DNA of 62,659 nucleotides, the filler included, from Corallochytrium limacisporum Hawaii (Eukaryota; Protista; Pluriformea), in the NCBI GenBank assembly GCA_002811645.1. It is 4 parts of 4 records of this genome, joined end to end, with 100 filler letters (N's around TTAATTAATTAA, not from the genome) between each part and the next. Parts side by side here need not be neighbours in the genome. Positions count along the whole stretch, not along the records: positions 50,830 to 59,678 come from PDIP01000194.1; positions 59,779 to 62,659 come from PDIP01000069.1; 2 more parts are not named here. One strand, given 5' to 3'. The translations under genes were made by a program, and so were the position numbers. The notes under the pieces are model-generated. The model worked only from the letters and a program-made list of their open reading frames with translations, ran no database searches and was not told the DNA's origin. Below are positions 56,850 through 62,659 of this stretch, in pieces (position 1 is the first letter of the stretch; every line of letters begins with the position of its first letter).

Positions 56850-57519
56850 TCGTCGATGAGAATAGATGAGAGGCCCCGCCATGTCGTCCTCCGTGCGGCT
56901 CGAAGTATTCATCCACAATCAAGAAACATACTTTGTTGCAACCTATCTGGTCCTTCATTATACTGCGTTTGCTGCCGCACTCAGGTGCTGCCTATGGAAG
57001 AGACCCAAGAACAGTATTGCTCAGTTCAGATTGCTGCGCATGCCTTTTGCAAGCAACAGTCTTGAAGATGTCAACATACAAGGCTACAGCGATGGGGTTT
57101 GATAGCAGTGACCAGCCCGCTCTTCGTTCTTGTCCATACAGAAATACGGACGCAACCCCTCCCCTCTAGCTACCCACCCTTTGTGCTCGAAAACTTCGTC
57201 CAAACTGATGCGTTTGTTTTTTCTTTCCCTAGGTCCCAACGTTTGTCCAAAATCATCTGATAAACAGAAGAGCATCCTGCTCCTTTAAGAAAAGATTGGA
57301 ATAAACAGGTCCCGAAGTGGAATAGGTTGGCAGAGAATTAAACAACTGAGCACGTTGTGGAGGCAAAGCGGCTATTCCTACAAAGGATGAATGTGAGTTC
57401 GCTTACTGTTGACGACCTTCAATCCTAAGAGGTGGTGCTGTTTACGAACTCTTGATTCCTTTTTCACAGCCATTTACTTACATTTTGCTTGTTCCTGGTT
57501 GTCTGCCCCGGAATAACAA

Positions 57520-57635
57520 CCCCCCCCCCCCCCCGGGGGGGGGGNNNNNNNNNNNNNNNNNNNNNNNNNNNNNNNNNNNNNNNNNNNNNNNNNNNNNNNN
57601 NNNNAACTCCAACCCCCCCCCCCCCCCGGGGGGGG
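57520..57635. promoter_or_regulatory. C15Gn element upstream of SQOR, seen on both sides of a 60-N scaffold gap
   Basis: aac-C15-G10, gap, aac-C15-G8. About 505 bp upstream of ATG 58141. Confidence 0.5.
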
Positions 57636-58140
57636 AAGGGGAGGAGAGAGAGAGGATGGGCGTACACGGCAGCGGTGTCTATGTCTACCGGCTTTCCACG
57701 ATATTTGTAACAAAGTTCATATCATTAGTCCGTAAATTCCCCACTCCCGAAATCAGCCAATCGTAATCGAGGAAGATTTGTGCAGAAAAGCCACTCCGGA
57801 GGTGAGCAAGGGCATCTGTGTCCGGGAAAACAAATTTTACACAACAGGTGGGTTCAACGTCATCACATCGTGTGGAGCTTACTTTCTTGGTAGAGCCATA
57901 AAGTACTGTAGCTCTGGGGTCTATTATAAGTCGTGGCTCGCTAACCGTTCGTAGTTTGTTCAAATAGCTGGCCATCGAGAACATGTGGTAACTTACTTGC
58001 ACCAAGGTGTATCGAAACAGATGTTCTACATCACCTTCCTCTCTTCGAGGTCGGACAGCACGTATAAATGGGATGTGCGTCTTTGATGATGATATCTTCA
58101 AGAGAGTTGTTTGTTACATACCTTGTAAACAACAATAACT

Positions 58141-59487
58141 ATGGTACTCTCCACTGCCGCATTCAGGAATCTGAAGGGGTCCTCCTTTCCCATCCGCGCC
58201 GCTGCGGTGAGTGTGTCAACCCGCGCTGCGAGTACAGCTCGTGTTGTGGTCATCGGTGGGGGTGCTGGTGGCCAAGCAGTTGCACACCAGGTGCTCAATA
58301 GAGTAAAAGACGTCAGTATGACCATCATCGAGCCTCATGGCCTGCACTATTATCAGCCGGGGTGGACAATGGTAGGCGGTGGAATTCTTGCGAGAGAGGC
58401 CACTGCCAGACGAATGCAGGAGTGTATGCCAGAGAAGGCAAAGTGGGTGAAGGATGCTGTCAGTGAACTTGATCCGGACAACAACCGGGTGAAACTCGCT
58501 GACAGCGGCGGCTACGTTGACTATGACTTCCTTGTAGTCGCACCTGGATTAACCATTCAGTGGGACACAATAAAGGGCCTGGAAGATGCATTGGAGGACC
58601 GGGAGCATCCTGTATCAAGCAATTACTCCTTCATGTACTGCTCCAAAACTGCGCGCCTTATCGACCATTTCAGCGGTGGAAAAGCTGTTTTCACGCAGCC
58701 ATCATGCCCCATAAAGTGCGCGGGTGCACCTCAGAAGATCATGTACCTTGCTGAAGCAAAGTGGAGCGATAAGGGTATCCGCAGTAATGCCCATATTCAT
58801 TTCTACACGGGTATGCCAACTAACTTTTCTGCTCCGGTGTATGCAGCCAAACTGAGAGAGATTTGCAAAGAGAAAAATTGCAACATCCACACACTGCACA
58901 ACCTCAAAGAAGTACGAAAGGGTAGTAAGGAGGCTGTGTTCAGTAAATTGAAAGACGGTAAGGAAATCGGCGACGAAGTGGTTAAGTACGACTTAATGCA
59001 CGTGACTCCCACCATGATGACCCCTGCGTTCCTCAAGAATTCTCCCTTGGCAGCTGCAATGGGTGGATTCTGTGAAGTTAACAAGGAAACTTTGCAACAC
59101 GTACGTTATGAAAATGTTTTCAGTCTTGGAGATGCATCCAGCCTCCCTACTTCCAAAACTGCTGCGGCCATTTCGGGCGAATGCAAGGTCCTAGTAGAGA
59201 ACCTCTTGAAAGCTATGGATGGGCAGCAGGCATCTGCGATCTATGATGGTTACACAGCTTGTCCTATCCCAGTTGGCCATGAGAAGGTGCTTCTGGCCGA
59301 ATTCGACTATACTTTGAGCCCCAAGCCATCGTTCCCTATGGATCCGACTAAGGAGCGCGAATTCTACTTCTACCTCAAGCGGGATCTGATGCCTGCGTTG
59401 TACTGGAATCAGTTGATTCGTGGTACATGGCTCGGTCCCTCCACCATGCCCTTTGGGTTTCTCAAGAATCAGTTTGGGTTTTACTGA
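58141..59487 (+). CDS. SQOR: Mitochondrial sulfide:quinone oxidoreductase
   Basis: Presequence, GGGAGG FAD motif, HYYQPGWTMVGGG, IKCAGAPQK and YDGYTACP catalytic Cys pair, SKTAAA. Confidence 0.95.
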   Translation: MVLSTAAFRNLKGSSFPIRAAAVSVSTRAASTARVVVIGGGAGGQAVAHQVLNRVKDVSMTIIEPHGLHYYQPGWTMVGGGILAREATARRMQECMPEKAKWVKDAVSELDPDNNRVKLADSGGYVDYDFLVVAPGLTIQWDTIKGLEDALEDREHPVSSNYSFMYCSKTARLIDHFSGGKAVFTQPSCPIKCAGAPQKIMYLAEAKWSDKGIRSNAHIHFYTGMPTNFSAPVYAAKLREICKEKNCNIHTLHNLKEVRKGSKEAVFSKLKDGKEIGDEVVKYDLMHVTPTMMTPAFLKNSPLAAAMGGFCEVNKETLQHVRYENVFSLGDASSLPTSKTAAAISGECKVLVENLLKAMDGQQASAIYDGYTACPIPVGHEKVLLAEFDYTLSPKPSFPMDPTKEREFYFYLKRDLMPALYWNQLIRGTWLGPSTMPFGFLKNQFGFY

Positions 59488-59639
59488 ACCTTCTATGCGT
59501 GAGGAGCTGGGTATGCAATGTTTCGAATGCACCGGTGTTCTGTACCTAGACGTCTTAAGTGAAAGACCCTCACGTTGGAATCGATGCGCTCCCACAACAA
59601 AATGAGCTTATCAGGCACACTCACCGAGATCTAATTGCC

Positions 59640-59645
59640 AATAAA
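59640..59645 (+). terminator. Putative SQOR polyadenylation signal AATAAA
   Basis: AATAAA about 150 nt after the stop codon. Confidence 0.5.
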
Positions 59646-59655
59646 TATTATGGTT

Positions 59656-59678
59656 GGGTTAGGGTTAGGGTTAGGGTT
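59656..59678 (+). repeat. Telomeric (TTAGGG)n at contig end
   Basis: gggttagggttagggttagggtt runs into the spacer in the correct orientation for a chromosome end. Confidence 0.88.
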
Positions 59679-59778
59679 NNNNNNNNNNNNNNNNNNNNNN
59701 NNNNNNNNNNNNNNNNNNNNNNTTAATTAATTAANNNNNNNNNNNNNNNNNNNNNNNNNNNNNNNNNNNNNNNNNNNN
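59679..59778. other. Artificial contig spacer
   Basis: 44N-TTAATTAATTAA-44N. Confidence 0.98.
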
Positions 59779-60999
59779 GCAAAATGTTTCCCGCCACAGC
59801 GGTCGGGATTCGAATGAATGTGATTTGAATAGATTCGGCCTAATATTATGAGACAGAGGGTGGTAGGTTATTCCCCTGACAATCCCGCCGTATCGAGGGG
59901 GTGAGTCTCAGGTAACACATGGGTTTAAAACCCGTGAATTGCCTCAATCAAAGGCGTACCGGACAGATTCAAACTGTCGAGCCCGACTTACTTCACAATC
60001 AGCAAATACCGATTGATGGGCAGGACCGGATGGTCACCAATGTGCCGAATAGTGAAGTTAGGTACTTGACATGGACTTGTAAGCCAATTTCATTGAGTCA
60101 ATGCACTTGATGATGTCCGCTCCCAGAGATCAGTTGTTCTAACCGACGTGCAGAGACTAAGCTTGATTGGCAGGTAAATAGTAACCCTTATTGATCTAAA
60201 GATAACCTATTTACGGGCCCCTAAAGTCCTGATCTCTCATGGTGGCCTTCCTATGACTTGGGCAAGTTATCCCCCTATTCAGTGTGCCCGTATAGTCGTC
60301 AAAGTAGTCCCCAACAACCGTTTCTGGTACAATGCGGGAATGGGAATGCATGCGACACAGACTGTGAAGTATTGATCTTCCGGAGCAAACCTTTCAATTC
60401 TTCCCTTTCGTGTGGGCAAGTGTCTGAAACCAGCCAACAGGAAACCATGCGGTTAACTACACCCAACAGAAAAGTCCCGCCCCCCCCCCTTCACCTTTTT
60501 TCTCGTCCCCCTTAGCCCGCCAGCAATGTCTGCTTGTTCTGTTCCTTACAGTCCAATAGTATTACCAGTTGGTACCACTGCCCAGCTAAGCTTCTTTTCT
60601 GACTGCTCTGTTCCCTGTGAAAGGCTGTGTTCGTTCTCCTCCAATTAAGTTTGGTTGTGGCATGTGATAACATGATGTGAGCCGAAGTTTGGGGCTCTAC
60701 GCCTCTTTTCCTTAAGTAGTGCACATTGAGTGCGAGTCCGGAAACCTCCCATCGTGATGTGGTCACCACACGCTCAACAGATAACCAGGATCTTGGTAGA
60801 CGCCAGACCCCTGTGAGGAGAGCACAGCATAACCACAGAACGATTAAGCTGGTGGTGACACTTACAAATATGGGCCAGTGTGCGCAAATGTACTTTCACA
60901 GCGTATCCCATCACGAATTCCATCGCTATGGTACGGCAACTTTAGGTTCAACCACATCCATTGGAGGAGAGAGACAATACTTGTTGCTTGTGAAGCAGT

Positions 61000-61570
61000 G
61001 TATGCTTTGAATACAGGACGGGATAACTCAAGCGTGGGTTTTGACTATGCCGATCAACAAGAGCCCGCGGAACTAGCCGAGCGTCTCTCTCAAGCTTGTG
61101 AGTAAGATCCTAGACCTGGTTGTAAAGCTGCGACCGTCTTATCCAAACCTAATCCGTGAGATCAGGTCTGCGTGTCTCTGCCTATGGTCTCCTGGTTTTG
61201 GCGACGCACGTGAAGTGCGCCTGGAAGTGGGTAAATGGAACCAAAAGCCAATCGAAATCCGTGAATCTAGTTCCTGCGCCGGAGGTGTTTGCGATGGGCA
61301 AAGTAGTGGTATGGGAGTGGCCATGATATGTTCACAGGTGCGCTTCCGCGTATCAACACTATTGGGTATCGCGGTTTGGTTCCGCCATCATTTGGTCTGC
61401 TCCCTGGATACCAGTTTTGAGACCCTTGTGAGTTTTAGTATCGGTCTATGATGAGCGTTGTGCGCAACTTCAAGTACCCAACCTTTGTGCTCTTTACCAG
61501 GGCAAACAATAAACAGTGTTGCGTTGAATGGTGACTCGCAACTTGTGGGAAGCCGGTCGACACAAAGGCA
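61000..61570 (+). pseudogene. Possible decayed WD40-repeat gene
   Basis: WD40-like fragments in shifting frames: TGRDNS, CDG/KVVVWE, GSAIIWS, QPLCSLPGQTINSVALNGDSQLVGSRS. Confidence 0.3.
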
Positions 61571-62659
61571 TACAAGTAAACGGATAGTGAGCCCGCGTAT
61601 CATTGGACAAACCCGCGTAGTTGCACATTGGTCCCTTATCCAATTACGCACTCCATCGCCATGGTACTGTGGCTCGCCTCAGGCCAAAGATAGTAGTAAT
61701 GATTGCAACATGTACAGTCGTGGTAAGAATCGGAAGTGGGAACCAAGATGGATAGGGCATGGTGTCCCCATCTGTTCACCATGCGATACCTAATTTAGTA
61801 TTATTGTCAATGGGGACCAGCTGTGGAGGCCGCAATGGTCTGATTGCCTTAGAGAAATTGCCGCTCCCGTCCCTCCCAAGTTCCCTGACTCAGAGGTTAG
61901 ATCGCGGGACGGGAGCGAACCGGGCCGGGATGAATTTTGCGGGGGAGGGGGGGGTGGGTGGTAATAGAGTATTATCGCAGGAATGCGGGCAATAGAATTT
62001 TTCAAATACTTTTTGTATAAGTATATTAAAAATAGTTAAATATTATATATTTTACGATATTCCGTATGTATAAATAGGGCCACCAAACACAGTCTCCCTG
62101 ATTCCAAGAAGACTAGAATGCTTTATCTGGATGCAATTCTGAGCTTGATTCTTATTGATCTAAATTGTCAATATATATCAATAATATTGGTGATTTTGAA
62201 TTCCTACTGGTGCCCCCATTGGCACTCGGCTAGATGCGGGGAACACTAACCTGCCTTTTGATTTCTGGCCGTCCGGCGTGAGACAAAGGTTTGCGGTCTC
62301 GCCTCAACNNNNNNNNNNNNNNNNNNNNNNNNNNNNNNNNNNNNNNNNNNNNNNNNNNNNNNNNNNNNNNAGAACGGAAACACAATTGCATGGGCGCCGA
62401 TGGCCAACCGTAGGTTCCTATTGGGTTCGGTGCCGTGGCTCAACCACACGTCGTTGATGTTACGAGCTCCACCCTCATGGTTTGGTCTTTGGCATGTGCG
62501 CGATTAACACAAGTGCCGGTGTATTACGAAATTTTTTGTCATAGTCGTAGTACTTATCCGCATCGTCGTCGCCTTAGGATTTCACTAAAGATAGCGTACC
62601 AGAATGAAAGGTCGTTGTATTACACAGTCACACTATGTCCGCAGACGTACCTCCACCGT

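Noticed and set aside
57520-57635. Two C15Gn elements as a direct repeat
   Set aside because: They flank an N gap and have the same C length. Probably one locus represented twice by unmerged contig ends.

Overview
Eukaryotic nuclear DNA from a compact genome whose coding sequences show no introns. Gene content (LAMTOR2, UBALD, LONRF, TMF1, SERHL, DUF2408) and TTAGGG telomeres suggest a unicellular opisthokont. An intron-poor lineage such as Corallochytrium is a guess that the sequence alone cannot confirm. The window is four contigs joined by artificial 100-bp spacers (44N-TTAATTAATTAA-44N) at 31425, 50730 and 59679, so gene order across spacers is not meaningful. Twenty single-exon genes are called: Sec23, Vps39, a putative mitochondrial RAP-like protein, F-box/JmjC, LONRF, DUF2408, SET, LAMTOR2, threonine dehydratase, PGM, amidohydrolase, SERHL, a winged-helix protein, UBALD, TMF1, SMC4, YbeY, a FAS1 surface protein, nitronate monooxygenase, START; SQOR makes twenty-one. 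Main observations: (1) a candidate bicistronic LAMTOR2 -> SET locus with a 36-nt spacer and no ATG in any frame between the two start codons, which is the signature of leaky scanning; (2) a recurrent poly-C -> poly-G element about 350-500 bp upstream of most start codons; (3) two telomere tracts with no shared subtelomere, one about 10 nt after the SQOR AATAAA; (4) a prion-like N-terminal extension on Sec23; (5) a 7-kb microsatellite-rich gene desert.
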